Source of the DNA: Ostrea edulis
Taxonomy: Eukaryota
Assembly (NCBI RefSeq): GCF_947568905.1
Contig: NC_079166.1
Span: 88,164,001-88,228,000, forward strand
Reading direction: 5' to 3'
Length of the DNA stretch: 64,000 nt
Both the position numbers and the translations under genes were made by a program. The notes below the pieces were generated by a model that was given only the letters and a program-made list of their open reading frames with translations, was not told the DNA's origin and ran no database searches. Shown here piece after piece: positions 13,020-26,662 of the stretch; positions within the stretch are counted from its first letter, which is position 1; each line of letters starts with the position of its first letter.

Positions 13020-13425
13020 ATATTTTGTATTGCTTATAGGAGTTATGAGATTGATCACTGTTCGTTATCTTCACCCTGATAGGAGTTATGAGATTGATCA
13101 CTGATCGTTATCTTTACCCTTATAGGAATTATGAGATTGATCACTGATCGTTATCTTCACCTTTATAGGAGTTATGAGATTGATCACTGATCGTTATCTT
13201 CACCTTTATAGGAGTTATGAGATTGATCACTGTTCGTTATCTTTACCCTTATAGGAGTTATGAGATTGATCACTGTTCGTTATCTTCACCTTTATAGGAG
13301 TTATGAGATTGATCACTGTTCGTTATCTTCACCCTTATAGGAGTTATGAGATTGATCACTGCTCGTTATCTTCACCCTTATAGGAGTTATGAGATTGATC
13401 ACTGTTCGTTATCTTCACCTTTCAT
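13020..13425 (+). repeat. Second 43-bp array of the same unit, about 9 copies
   Basis: Same unit as 12010-12347, preceded by the same TATTTTGTATTGCTTAT leader. Confidence 0.9.
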
Positions 13426-13689
13426 GAACAAGATGTGCAACTCATCCAGCAAAATTTTGAGAAAATCTGCATCTTGCTGAGAAATCCTATCGAAAAAACA
13501 CCAATACTGCACCTACCAACTGAAAGGAAACGCCAATTCTTAGAAATCTACCGGTGATTCGTGGATTAGATGCATTGCTATTTGGTGCGCAATTATTTCT
13601 TCACGCCGCTCTATTTCATCCTTTTAACCTCACCACTTCTCATTTCTGACTACAACGAACGGAAGTTCTGATGCTGAGATATACCTGTC

Positions 13690-13995
13690 GCAGTCAACTA
13701 TTTTTTGAACGAGAAAACCCGAGACGAGTTCTTCCGAATACCATAATTAAGGTCTTGTCACAAGGGATACACGTGTGACATATTAAGGCCCTAGCACTGA
13801 TTTAACATTAATTCTAACGTTACGGCCAAGGTTATGTTTTTCATAGGTCAAGCTCCAAGGTAAAGGTCATGATGTCAAACATTTTGATACCAAAAGGAAG
13901 ATCTTATCACATGAAATACACATGTCAAATATCATACCCCTAACACTGAACATTCAAAAGTTATGGTCAAGTTTTTGCGAACAGAAGGAAAACTA
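13690..13995 (-). mobile_element. Degenerate HINE/satellite fragment in reverse orientation
   Basis: Reverse complement resembles the 146-bp unit at 62-63 kb. Confidence 0.5.
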
Positions 13996-14299
13996 AATGC
14001 CCCTGGGGCATATTTAAAAAAACAGTATAAGTTTGTGTGTCAAAAATTTCTAGATTATAAAGCAATTTTCTATAATATTCATGCGATCTACCGTATTTAC
14101 GGGTATTTTTTGCGGTTGAAAATGTTTGCAGTTTAATTCCTGAAAAGTATGAAATTGTAATCTGCGTTTCCAATTCCTGTCATTGCATCATACCTGTCTA
14201 TAGCCATATACATGTATATTCAGATTGTATTTTTTGGTGAATTTCATCCGTCCACAATGAAAAGTCCATGAGAGAAATGGACAAACACAGATGTTGGTT

Positions 14300-14790
14300 T
14301 CGTTAGCTTGCCGATAACGTCTATGTTCAGTATTCAAATGCAAAACAGATGTGGAAGATTCTGTGGAGTCTGATGGGTTACATTAAAGCATCATGCATGT
14401 ATGAATAAAACTGTATATTGTTGGTAGATAAAGCGTCGTCGATGTGTCTAAATGCCGAGTTGAAGGACACCGCAAGATATTTCTTCTTCTCGTGCAGAAG
14501 AGTGTTTTGGTGGGTTTTTTTTCAAAAATAAATTCTATCTCATAAGAATACAAAAACAGGTCAACTAATACAGGAGCACAATTTGTGCCTATTGGAATTC
14601 CAATGGACTGTTGGAATACCTGATCACCAAAACTTACGTAGATATTGTCAATGAGAAATCCAGCATCTTTTTTTATATCATCTTCAGCGTGTTTTGTGAG
14701 TAGAATAGTGTCAGAACGTTTAACAAAGAAATGTTGGGTGAATGATCTCAAGGTATGAATATTTTCTACTTCCATTTCTACTGCAGACGA
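14300..14790 (-). mobile_element. Penelope-like retroelement remnant, RT core, frameshifted
   Basis: GIPIGTNCAPVLVDLFLYSYE motif; in another frame FRHIDDALS (degenerate YIDD, 14435-14446) and DSTESSTS. Confidence 0.82.
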
Positions 14791-15708
14791 AGCTTTTATG
14801 TAATGTACAAAGGCCCAGTCTTTGATTTATCGGAGATTAAAAGATGATGTAAAGTGTTGAAAAGTCGCGCGCTTTGAAGTTGTTGATTTTTTAAACATTT
14901 TGCAATCTCGAGTTTTTCTAACAGTTCTTTGGAATTTTTGAGAATCCGCTTTTAATTTACACCACTTTTCGCAAACGTTTTGGCACTTCTGAAGTTTCTC
15001 CTACACCGCAGCTTATATTTCCGTGAGAGTAAGGCCATGCTAATTTGTAATCTAGTTCGTCGGATTCGCCGCTAAAAATATCTGCAGATAACAAATAAAT
15101 TTCATTTTTGAAAATGCATGTTGTATGATCCTGAACGGCTACGCTTCACGGCGAGATAGCGCTTCATTAAGAACGCCGGCGTAGTTCATACCCTCGTGTC
15201 TCTTATTATAATATTTAAAATTCTACTTTCATTTCTGTCGGAATTCCCAGCAGTTATAATGTACGTATTATATCTATGAAGCACTTGTAGTCCAATACTT
15301 ATAAATACAGTGTTTACAATCAGGTTCTTGAATAAGGAAATGCTTATCATTACATATTTGTGGAGATGTCAGAGGCGAAACATTGGAAGTGAGATAACTA
15401 GTACGCGGAATATTCGAATAAGCTGCGGTGTATTATACTTAATTTAATCCTTGAGTAGCAGCAATTTGTATGCGTGAGGTTATCGATTGCAAGAGCGGCC
15501 GGTCTGTTTGTGGGTGTGTTAGAAATTGTGCATGGGGAATTAAAAACAACAACAACAAAATATCGAATGATGACAACATGAAATAACTTTAAAAATAGCA
15601 TTGCTTTTGAATGGTGAGTAACAGGGCTCTCATTTTCCAAATGTGCATTGCTTGTGGCATGACCTTTCTTTTGGTACCAACGTTATTTTTTTTTTTTTTA
15701 CCTAGTAG

Positions 15709-17192
15709 TTAGCTCACTTGAGCTGAAAGTTTAAGTGAGCTTCTCTGATCACCATCTGTGTGTCCGTCTGTCTGTTTCTAAACTTTTTCACATTTTCGTT
15801 TTCTCCAAGCCACAATCAAACCACAATCAAACTTGGCACAACTCATCCTTCAGAAAAGGGGATTCACGTTTGTACAAATGAAAGGCCATGCCCCATTCAA
15901 AAGGAAGAAAATGAAGAAAAGGCAAAATAAGGTGACAGTGGCGGAATTAAGTGGGGGCGCCCCCTCCCCCTAAAATTTTCAAATTTAAAGTAAATTGTTG
16001 TATCTGGTTTAGAAAAATGTAAACAATAAAAGATCTGAAGCAATAATTTCTTCCACTCTCGGAGAAATAAATGACAAAATCCTTTGATTTATTGAATTAC
16101 TTTTAATGGGAGAACTTACATTTTTCCAAAACCTCTTAAAAATTGCTTCGCCCTGGACCCAATGGGGTCCTCATGGCGGCCCCCAGACCCCCTAAAAATC
16201 TTTTTCTCAAGAACCACTAGAAAAGAAAAGTTGTTTATATACATATGTAGAGTAAATTCAAGTTTGTTCAAATCATGGCCCCCAGGCTGTAGGGTGGGGC
16301 CACAATAGGGGATAAAAATTTTGCATGGAATGTATATAGAGAAAATATTCAAAAAATCTTCTGAAGAACCACAAGACCAAAGAGTTTCCATTTACATGGG
16401 GGTGGGGGGTGGGGGGGGGGGGGTAGGTTGAGACCACAATATGAGATCGAAGTTTTACATAGGAATATTTGTCAGAAAATTCTCTCAGGAACAGAAGATC
16501 TATGATTACTCGTATCAAATTAACATGCAAACATACCCAGGTAGTGTAGATTCGAAGGGTAGGGCTAGGAGAGGGGATGAAAGTTTACATGGGTATATAA
16601 TGTATAAGGAATCATCTCTAAAAATCTTCTTCTCTACAACAGCTGAGCGAATGATTAGTTATATCAATATGCAAGCATCTTCAGTTAGTTCAGATTCAAA
16701 TTTGTTCAATTCAGGGTCCCTGGGAGTAAGGTGAGGTAACAATAGGAGATCAAAGTTTTATATGGGAATATACAGGAAATCAATTAATACAAATTCTTTT
16801 TAGAAGCGTACTGCACTTGACCACATTAAATCATAACAAACTGTAAACGCTCCTAGGTTGTGTGCATTCAAGTGGGTTTTGTTTTATTCAGATCATTATA
16901 GCCCTGGGGTTAAGGTGGATCAAATTTAACAAAATGAATGTATACAGGAAAGAAAATCTTTTAGAAAACCCTCTTCTCCGGAACAGTAAGTTCATGTTAG
17001 TCATATTGGTACATGTAAATTGTTGTGTGAATTGAATGTAGCGTGAATTCAAGTTTAGGGCTAGCTTTGGGCACAGTATGGGGTAAAAATTGTTCATGGA
17101 ATTTTTTTTAAGAATCTACTAAAAATCACAACAGCTGAACAATAGCAGGGTCAGGGTGGCTCGGGTGAGCGATGTGACCCATATGCCTCTTC
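15709..17192 (+). mobile_element. Helentron-type non-autonomous element (HINE-like)
   Basis: 5' TTAGCTCAC..GAGCTGAAAG..AAGTGAGC hairpin, GTCC/TCTG microsatellite, internal satellite-like repeats and 3' GGTGAGCGATGTG.CCCAT..GCCTCTT. Sister copy at 54326-56883. Confidence 0.75.
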
Positions 17193-17799
17193 TTTTTTTT
17201 TTAAAGAATTGTTTCTTCTGTTTTCATTATTATAGATAAAAAATTCCCGTGTGTTTCCACAGAGATAGGTTAGAATCCTAAAGATTCTCATGGTCGATTT
17301 GATGTTTTGCATAAAAATTATCTTGTCTGAAACAGATCTTACTTTCCTTCTTCTGTTGATGGTCAACGACAGAATTAAATCATAACAACCTTTCCAGCTG
17401 TGAAATAAGACCCTTCAATTTTGATATACAACTCTCACCATTTGAAAATCGCTTTTATATTGAATATCTTAGAGCGCGGGGGGGGGGGGGGGGGGGATTT
17501 GAAGCCATTGAAGAATCAGAAAACACGCCGACGACACGCTAGTCATTGTATACACGCTGGTAACCTGATCAGAAACATAATACATACAGTGTACGTCATT
17601 CTCATGACCCGTCACTGGGGGGGGGGGGGGGGGGGGGGGGATACTGCACAGGAAAAGGAAGAGTTGTTCCTCTTTGACCAACTATCACACCACAACGTTA
17701 GTCCACTGTATTCAGCGGGTTTCATTCTAAATTGTCTTGTTAGAATAATGTATTAAGCCTTTCGTTAAAAATTTAGATAACAATGAAATAACGTGGGGC

Positions 17800-18662
17800 A
17801 CAGCTGGGCGTGTTTACAGGCGAGTTATTACGGAATTAGATTGTTTTATGGGGAGAGAATCCGGTATTTACAGGCGAGTAATGACATAATTAGATTGGTT
17901 TATGGGGAGAGAATTAGGTGTTTACAGTCGAGTAATGACAGAATTAGATTGGTTTATGTGGGGGGGGGGGGGGGGGTGTTTACAGGCGAGTAATGATAGA
18001 ATTAGATTGGTTTATGGGGAGGGTAGGTGTTTACAGCCGAATAATGACAGAATTAGATTGATTTATGTGGGGGGGGGGTGGGGTTAGGTGTTTACAGTCG
18101 AGTAATGACATAATTAGATTCAATTTGGTTTAGGGGGGGGGGTCGGTGTTTACAGCCGAGTAATGACAGAATTAGATTGGTTTATGGGGAGGGGAATTAG
18201 GTGTTTACAGCCGAATAATGACGGAATTAGATTGGTTTATGGGGAGGGAATTAGGTGTTTACAGCGGAATAATGACATAATTATTGAATTAGATTGGTTT
18301 ATGGGGAGGGGGACTAGGTGTTTACAGTCTAGTAATGACATAATTAAATTAAATTTGGTTTAGGGGGGTTGGTGTTTACAGGCGAGTAATGACATAATTA
18401 GATTGGTTTATGAGGAGGGAATTAGGTGTTTACAGTCGAGTAATGACAGAATTAGAGAATTAGATTGGTTTATGGGGAGGGAATTAGGTGTTTACAGCCG
18501 AATAATGACAGAATTAGAGAATTAGATTGGTTTATGGGGAGGGAATTGGGTGTTTACAGCCGAATAATGACAGAATTAGAGAATTATGACAGAATTAGAT
18601 TGGTTTATGGGGCGGGAATTAGGTGTTTACAGTCTAGTAATGACATAATTAGATTGGGTTAT

Positions 18663-18693
<31 letters not shown>

Positions 18694-18790
18694 GTAGGTG
18701 TTTACAGGCGAGTAATGAAGGAATTAGAACGGTTTATGGGGTTTTAAACGACCGTGTGAAATCAGTATTTGGGTATGAAATTGCTTGATA
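17800..18790. repeat. About 55-bp G-rich degenerate minisatellite (AGGTGTTTACAGCCGAGTAATGACAGAATTAGATTGGTTTATGGGG...)
   Basis: Recurrent unit with variable poly-G spacers. Confidence 0.9.
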
Positions 18791-19529
18791 ACAAAATAGA
18801 ATATACTTTATATATAGTAATATAAAAATATTTATTCCTGTACATGTTGTATATGCAGTATTCTGTATTTTCCAACCTCCTCTATGTAATGTATGACTGT
18901 ATATTTATAAGAATAAAGCGTTGATTGATTGAAGGGGAGGGAATTTGGTGTGTAAACACGATACAGAATTAGATTGGTTTATGGGGTTTAAAACGACCGC
19001 GTGAAATCAGTATTTGGGTATGAAATTGCTTGATAACAAAATAAAATAGGTACTTAAGGACATAATTTAATAGGCACTTGGTGACCAAAAATATTACTTT
19101 AGGTGTTCAGTGACGAAATGAAATAGGTGTCAGTTTGAGTGAGGAATACCACAAATGCCCACAATTCATAACCAGTGTATTAAAGTGAAGCATCACATTC
19201 AATTTAACCTCTGTTTGTTTGTTTATACACATATTCATATTTTTAATTAGATAAGCGATGAAAAGAAGAAATCCGACCAAATGCAATCAAATATGGAGAC
19301 TAAAATTATCATGAAAAGCTAGTACTGCTGGAAGATGAGTTTGAATTGAAGAAATGTCGGGTGTCGATTATATCCGGACGGAATTTACAGAAAAACATAT
19401 CGGCGTCGTTAATGAACATGTCCACTCTTGGGAATGGGAAATGAGTCTATGTAACAAATACATAATCACTGCAATGTATCACGGGCATTTCTAAAACAAG
19501 GATAGAGAGACGAGGAATGGTATTAAAAA

Positions 19530-21325
19530 TTAGTTAGAAGGTATAAAACAATTAGTTAAGGGGGTATATAAAACAATTAGTTAAGGGGGTATATAAAACA
19601 ATTAGTTAAGGATGTATATAAGACAATTAGTTAAGGCTGTATAAAACAATTAGTTAAGGAGGTATATAAGACAATTAGTTAAGGAGGTATATAAGACAAT
19701 TAGTTAAGGATGTATAAAACAATTAGTTAAAGAGGTATCATTCCAATGTTATTTATTACAATTGTTTTGATTGGACAAAAATAAATCTAAACGAGAATTT
19801 ACACATCAATTAGTCCAAAACAAAAAAAAAAAAAAACAAAAAAAAAAAAAACCGCTAGCATGTATATATACGCGACTGAAAACAAATAACATAATGCGGG
19901 GAAACTATTCAAAATTTTCAAATTGATAACACAAGGAACGAATTGGAATTATAAGAATCAAACATTCTTTTTGAAGAATTTATCGATGTGTAAACTCTGG
20001 ACGTTTTACTCACAAACTTAACAAAAGTGCTTCGCACTTTTATTCAATTTGTGAGCAAAATGTCCAGAGTTTGACACATCGATAAATTCTTCAAAAAGAA
20101 TGTTTAATCCCATAATAAAACAATTAGTTAAAGAGGTATAAGACAATTAGTGAAAGAGGTATAAGACAATTAGTGAAAGAGGTATAGGACAATTAGTGAA
20201 AGAGGTATAAGACAATTAGTGAAAGAGGTATAAGACAATTAGTGAAAGAGGTATAAGACAATTAGTTAAAGAGGTATAAGACAATTAGTTAAAGAGGTAT
20301 AAGATAATTAGTTAAAGAGGTATATAAAACAGTTAGTTAAAGGGGTATAAGACAATTAGTTAAAGAGGTATAATACAATTAGTTGGGGAGGTATAAGACA
20401 ATTAGTTAAAGAGGTATAAGACAATTAGTGAAAGAGGTATAAGACAATTAGTTAAAGAGGTATAAGACAATTAGTTAAAGAGGTATAAGACAATTAGTGA
20501 AAGAGGTATAAGACAATTAGTTAAAGAGGTATAAGACAATTAGTTAAAGAGGTATACGATAATTAGTTAAAGAGGTATATAAAACAGTTAGTTAAAGGGG
20601 TATAAGACAATTAGTTAAAGAGGTATAATACAATTAGTTGGGGAGGTATAAGACAATTAGTGAAAGAGGTATAAGACAATTAGTTAAAGAGGTATAAGAT
20701 AATTAGTTAAAGAGGTATAAGATAATTAGTTAAAGAGGTATATAAAACAGTTAGTTAAAGGGGTATAAGACAATTAGTTAAAGAGGTATAATACAATTAG
20801 TTGGGGAGGTATAAGACAATTAGTGAAAGAGGTATAAGACAATTAGTTAAAGAGGTATAGGACAATTAGTTAAAGAGGTATAAGACAATTAGTTAAAGAG
20901 GTATAAGACAATTAGTTAAAGAGGTATAAGATAATTAGTTAAAGAGGTATAAGACAATTAGTTGGGGAGGTATATAAGAAAATTAGTTAAGAAGATATAA
21001 AAACAATTAGTTAAAGAGGTATACATAAGACAATTCCTGTACTTGCTACGACATATTATTCACGTGTATTGTTATACGTATGTTGAAATGCATTGATTTT
21101 ATATCCTCAAAATTGTATCTGTATGTCTACTCACCCTCTACTGTATTATTTGTATATATTTGTAAATATTTTGTATTTATAACCGATGAGCTGTATAGCT
21201 TAAGAAATAAAGAATCTGTATGTATCATAAAGTAAAAAAAAAATAAGACAATTAGTTAAAGAGTTATAAAACACTTCGTTAGGGAGGTATAAGACAATTA
21301 GTTAAGGAGGTATATATAAAACAAT
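19530..21325. repeat. 23-bp minisatellite (AAGACAATTAGTTAAAGAGGTAT) interrupted at 19738-20112 and after 21030
   Basis: Period read directly. Confidence 0.93.
19960..20105. repeat. About 146-bp near-perfect palindrome centred on AAGTGCTTCGCACTT
   Basis: AAACATTCTTTTTGAAGAATTTATCGATGTG... pairs with ...CACATCGATAAATTCTTCAAAAAGAATGTTT. Confidence 0.9.
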
Positions 21326-21966
21326 TAGAGAGTTATGGGTCTCCTGAATGAGACCTTAAAACCCCGGAGTGTCATTTCATGACAGACGTCGACACAGTCA
21401 GCCCTCACTGCTACTCTAAACAGCATGATTCATGTGGATTTGTTGAATGTTGCCTACAGATGGTTTCAATATGAGTGAATAATTCACGAAGGGTTGAAAA
21501 ACAAACGAACAATCGAAGAGATGAGGTATGTACAGGGTTACTTCTAAAAATTCTCATCTCTACCGTCTTACTGCAAGAGACTGAACAACAAACGTTTTAA
21601 TTTATTCATAGATTAGATGTATTTGAAGATTAATATAATGAATTGTTGATTAACTTGGGGCTTTAATCGATAATTCCCCGTAAAGGTTTGTATTCATTGG
21701 AGTTTTAAATATACACGTATGGATTAACTAATAAACCTCTACCATTGTTCACGAATAACCTTTAACGCTGCAACGGGTTTAAAGTGCTGGATACGTCAAA
21801 AACAGGGATACCCCCACCCCCGCATTTTCTGGAAATACCCAGTAAGACCGAATCTCAAACTCGATGGTAGTGTCCTACTATCACGAAACGCCATACTGGA
21901 CTTCGATTTAGAAGATGACATACTATCACGAAAGCCATATTTACAGGATGACCACAGAACAACTAT

Positions 21967-22126
21967 CAGTGGCGGAGCTAGGTTTGAAATATTTGTAAGG
22001 AGGGAGTCGGGGGGGGGGGGGGGCAGCCCCCAGGAGCTTAGGACATTTTTCGTAATATGTAATAAAAATTTAACGAAAATATTTGTAAGCACGTGCATAC
22101 AATGCTGCCGTGTAGTTACGCCACTG
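21967..22126. mobile_element. Short MITE CAGTGGCG...CGCCACTG
   Basis: 14-bp imperfect TIRs; flanks ACTAT/ACTGT. Confidence 0.6.
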
Positions 22127-22164
22127 ACTGTACGTTACTATCCATGCATTCTCTCCATGTGAGA

Positions 22165-22500
22165 TAAAGCAAAATATAGTGAGATAATATAGGATAACTT
22201 CAAATAGTATAAGATAAAGAGATAATATAAGATAGTGAGATAATATAAGATAGTGAGATAATATAAGATAGTGAGATAAAATAAGATAGTGAGATAAAAT
22301 AAGATAGTGAGATAATATAAGATAGTGAGATAATATAAGATAGTGAGATAATATAAGATAGTGAGATAAAATAAGATAGTGAGATAATATAAGATAGTGA
22401 GATAATATAAGATAGTGAGATAATATATAAGATATCGCAAAATAAAACAAGACGATGTAAGAAAATGTGAGATAACGTAAAATATTATAAGATAATTAAA
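22165..22500. repeat. 18-bp minisatellite (GAGATAATATAAGATAGT)
   Basis: Period 18; gives the LSHYLI ORF artefact. Confidence 0.93.
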
Positions 22501-23159
22501 AAAGAAGATATTTTTTAATGTTATCGGGATATGACATGAAATTGGTCACGTGATTAAATCCTATAACGCCCGAAGGGTGTTATAGTAGATTTGATCACGT
22601 ACCAACTTCATGTCCTATCCCAATAACACTCAAAAATTATATTTTATTTCTTATATTTATATTTTCTATTTAAATTTTATTTGTGTTCTTACCGAGCTTC
22701 CATGATTATGTAGCAGATGACCGAAATAACGATCGTAGAACACAAAATATAATTCGTAAGAGTTTTATCGAATGAAAAATTAGGAACAATATTAAAGAGA
22801 ATATATGATATGGATACTCAATTGAAAAGGTTAGAAAAAGACGAAACAGGTGTAAAATAAAGGTAATTTAGAGCGTAAAGTTAACTGAAATGAAGACAAG
22901 AAGAGTGGAGTTACCTATATCCGTGATGTAATTTGGTCGCGATCTGAGAGAATTGATGGGGATATGATGGGTCAAGTTAACGTTAAGCTCTTAGTCAGGT
23001 TTTGGAAAGAAACAACGGCATGTTCATCATTAGGACACATGTTTGTAGCCATGTAGGAGACGATTCGGGACAGTAGGATAGATTCAGACAAAGTGCAAGT
23101 AGGTTGCTCTCAGTGTGTGTAAGAGAAAATAAAAACGAACTGATGGAGTTTTTGTTCAA

Positions 23160-24154
23160 CAGTGGCGGATTTAATTTTTCAAATTTAAGGTAGATCGCGG
23201 TATTTTGTTTCGGAAAATGTACTAAACGATAAAAGAAGCAATAATTTCTTCCACTCCCGGAGAAATCAATGACAAAATCTTTTGATTTCTTGAATTGCTT
23301 TATTGGGAGAACTTAATTTCCCCCCCCCCCAAAAAAAAACCCTTAAAATTTTGATAATTTTATTAATTTCACCTTGTCAAAATGATAGAAAATAGTACAA
23401 ATGACTAAATAGGAGAAATATTTCAAACCATATAAAATCTATGGCACGCCAAATTCACAAAAATGAGCTAAACGTAGTTTCACAGTTGATAAACTAGGTT
23501 TATCGACTGTAAACTATAGTTTACGGACCGTAAACTATAGTTAACGACGTTAATCTATATTTCACTTCTGTAAACCATAGTAAACAGATACTCTATCTTT
23601 CACAAGCGTAAACTATAATTAACAATGAAAACAATCATTAGCGATTGCAAAACATAGTTTATCTGATAAATACGGTTTCACGATTGTAAACTTCGGTTTA
23701 CAAGTCTGATAAATATGATATCACAATTTGTGAAACTAGGATTAACAATTGTGAACTATAGTTAACGAATGTAAATTATAGTTTACAAATGTGAATCTGT
23801 ATTTATCAGCAAAATCTATTGTTAACGTTTATTTAAAGACAGATAAACTTGGATTAGCATTTGTAAACTATAGTTTACAACCGTTAAATATGGTTTTATG
23901 GATAAAACTATAGTTAACGAATCGTTAACTATAGTTTACAGTTCGTAAACTATAGTTTACAGTCGATAAACCTAGTTTATCAACTGTGAAACTATGTTTA
24001 GCTCATTTTTGTGAATTTGGCGTGCCATAAAAATCTGTAAAATCCAGGAGCTTCCAGGGGCTTTGCCCCCTTGACACCGACCAGGGCTTCGCCCTGGACC
24101 CACTGCCTCATAAAGTGGCGCCACCCGTAACCACAATTCCTGGATCCGCCCCTG
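23160..24154. mobile_element. CAGTGGCGGAT...GGATCCGCCCCTG element; partial sister copy at 15936-16195
   Basis: TIRs, flanks TTCAA/TTCAC, and internal similarity to 15936-16195. Confidence 0.7.
23442..24027. mobile_element. TA-flanked MITE with long (>100 bp) TIRs, nested in the previous element
   Basis: TA|TGGCACGCCAAATTCACAAAAATGAGCTAAAC...GTTTAGCTCATTTTTGTGAATTTGGCGTGCCA|TA. Confidence 0.88.
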
Positions 24155-24571
24155 TTCACTTTAGAGATTTCTGTTGCAGGATTTTAACGAAGACTCGCAC
24201 CGACACCCTGACATGGATATAATTTTTCGAGCCTCAAAACCAGCCTCGCTTTTGATCATGCCGAGTCATAGCCGTGATGGCAGTTGCCAGGAAACAACAA
24301 GTTAACTTATCATCATAAAGTAAATACGCTTATAATTCTGCCTACATTTTTTCGCTTCCAATATCTTAGAATTAACTTAATTTTATAAATTCACCATGCA
24401 CAAGTTGCAATTTAGGCATATTTGCAGACGGTATTTAAAACTTTTAAAAATGAAACAACAGAACGGTATGTTTAATGTTTCTATTTTATAAATTGATGAA
24501 ATTCTTGTTTGTTTACAAATTAAACACCGTAAAAATATCCTGCTGTGTTTGTTTCTGTTATGATGTCATTA

Positions 24572-24729
24572 CAGTGGCGGGTCCAGGGTTTACGAAGGGT
24601 GTGTGTGAAAGTCAAGTATTAGCCAAAATACTCAGCCATTTTGGGTGCCAATCTGGAATATTACTCACACTATTTCTATTATTTAAATTTGTGGCAAATG
24701 GGGGTGTGTGTGTCTAAATCCCCCCACTG
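24572..24729. mobile_element. Short CAGTGG...CCACTG MITE with 5-bp TSD CATTA
   Basis: CATTA at 24567-24571 and 24730-24734. Confidence 0.68.
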
Positions 24730-24939
24730 CATTACATAAGCAAGAGGCCAGGTGAAAGTACAGGAACTGACTTTTGAAGCGGTGATTGTATTCATGCGCA
24801 TGAAACGAGTGATCACGTGACCAACTTAATGTTACACGAAATTGAATCTCAATTTCATTAGTACTATCATATAAGGAAGTTCATTGGCAAATGTAAATAT
24901 TGTGACATAACGTGAAATATTTTGTTAGATGGCGTAAAA

Positions 24940-26180
24940 TAATATATGATACTGTAAGGTAACATAAAATAATATAAGATAATGTCAGATAATGTAAATG
25001 ATATGATAATGTAAGATAACGTATGATAATATAAGATAATGTCAGATAACGTAAATGATATGATAATGTAAGATAACGTCTGATAATATAAGATAATGTA
25101 AGATAACATAACATGATATTAGATAATATCCATGTCTAGTTCACTCTACAAATTCGATATTATCGTTATCTCAGTGTTGACAATATTGATACGATATCAT
25201 GTTTGAGTTGTTTCATATCGCGTATAATCATTAAAACATAGATTTATTAAATTAGATCCTTCCTGTTATGTTAATTATTGATATACAGTGTAGGTTCAGT
25301 ATGACGTATTAAATTGTATACCACATATTTTGAACCTTTGATTTACCATTTTAGAGTTAGTAGGGCTAGATTTCGTTGGATTATGATTAGTACTAGGCTA
25401 GGTTAATAGTAGGGATACCAGGGCTGAAGCATGAGTTACCGGGGTTAGTTTTAGGCTAGGTTAATAGTAGGGATACCAGGGCTGGGGCTAGAGTTACCGG
25501 GGTTAGTTTTAGGCTAGGTTAATAGTAGGGATACCAGGGCTGAAGCTAGAGTTACCGGGGTTAGTTTTAGGCTAGGTTAATCGTAGGGATACCAGGGCTG
25601 GGGCTAGAGTTACCGGGGTTAGTTTTAGGCTAGGTTAATAGTAGGGATACCAGGGCTGGAGCTAGAGTTACCAGAGTTAGTTTTAGGTTTAACAGAGCCA
25701 TTGTTAAGTTTAGCTGAGTTAGTGTTAAGTTTAGCTGAAGTAAGAAATTGGGTTTAGCAGAGCTGGGGTTAGCTGAGCAAGGGTTAGCTTTAGCAGAGCT
25801 AATGTTAGCTTTATCTGAGCTAGTGTTATCCTTAGCCGAGATAAGGAATTGGGTTTAGCGGAGCTAAGGTAAGCTGAGCAAGGGTTAGTTTTAGCAGAGC
25901 TACGGTTAGGTTAAGCAGAGGCATTGTGAAATAACGTAAAATAATGAGAGATAACGTAAGATAATGTGAGATAACGTAAAATAATGAGATATAAGGTAAG
26001 ATAATGTTAGATAACGTAAGATAATGTGAGATAACGTAAGGTAATGAGAGATAACGTAAGGTAATGAGAGATAACGTACGATAATGTAAGATAATGTAAG
26101 ATAATGTGAGATAAGGTAAGCTAATGAGAGATAATGTAAGATAATGAGAGATAACGTAAGATAATCAGAGATAACGTACC
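24940..26180. repeat. Composite repeat block: ATAATGTAAGATAAC-type repeats (24940-25135, 25925-26180) flanking a 58-bp x5 array (25396-25690) and TTAGC-rich repeats
   Basis: Periods read directly. Confidence 0.85.
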
Positions 26181-26326
26181 TTTTTTATTAACATGGCATG
26201 GTATGCAAAAAAGTAGAACGCAGTAGGTAAAATATATCATGTTTAGAATTATTGAATGAACAATACAATGCAACATTCAAAGGTTTGAAATGCATGCACA
26301 ACTATGGATATTCAGAGAGCACATTC

Positions 26327-26398
<72 letters not shown>

Positions 26399-26662
26399 TG
26401 TATGGAAATATGAGCTAGGCAAACATAGAAACATTTAAACAGCTTAATTAGATTTTATAACACAATAATTTATACATATAACACTTCAAACCTGGTATTT
26501 AACATTACACTCAGTTATAAAAGCGTTCCGTTTTAAGCATTGGGGTACTGTGGACATACACACGGTGTAATAGTCACAAGCGTCAGTTATCGTTCTCAAC
26601 AGATTCAACGAGACACAAATTGCGCAGTATTCGTGTGGTGTGATCAATCGCTCACGTGACAT

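Noticed and set aside
14383-14775. 130-aa ORF as a functional RT gene
   Set aside because: The catalytic motif is in another frame and altered (HIDD); this is a decayed remnant.
22070-25114. LSHYLI-type and TLSYII-type ORFs
   Set aside because: Translations of simple tandem repeats.
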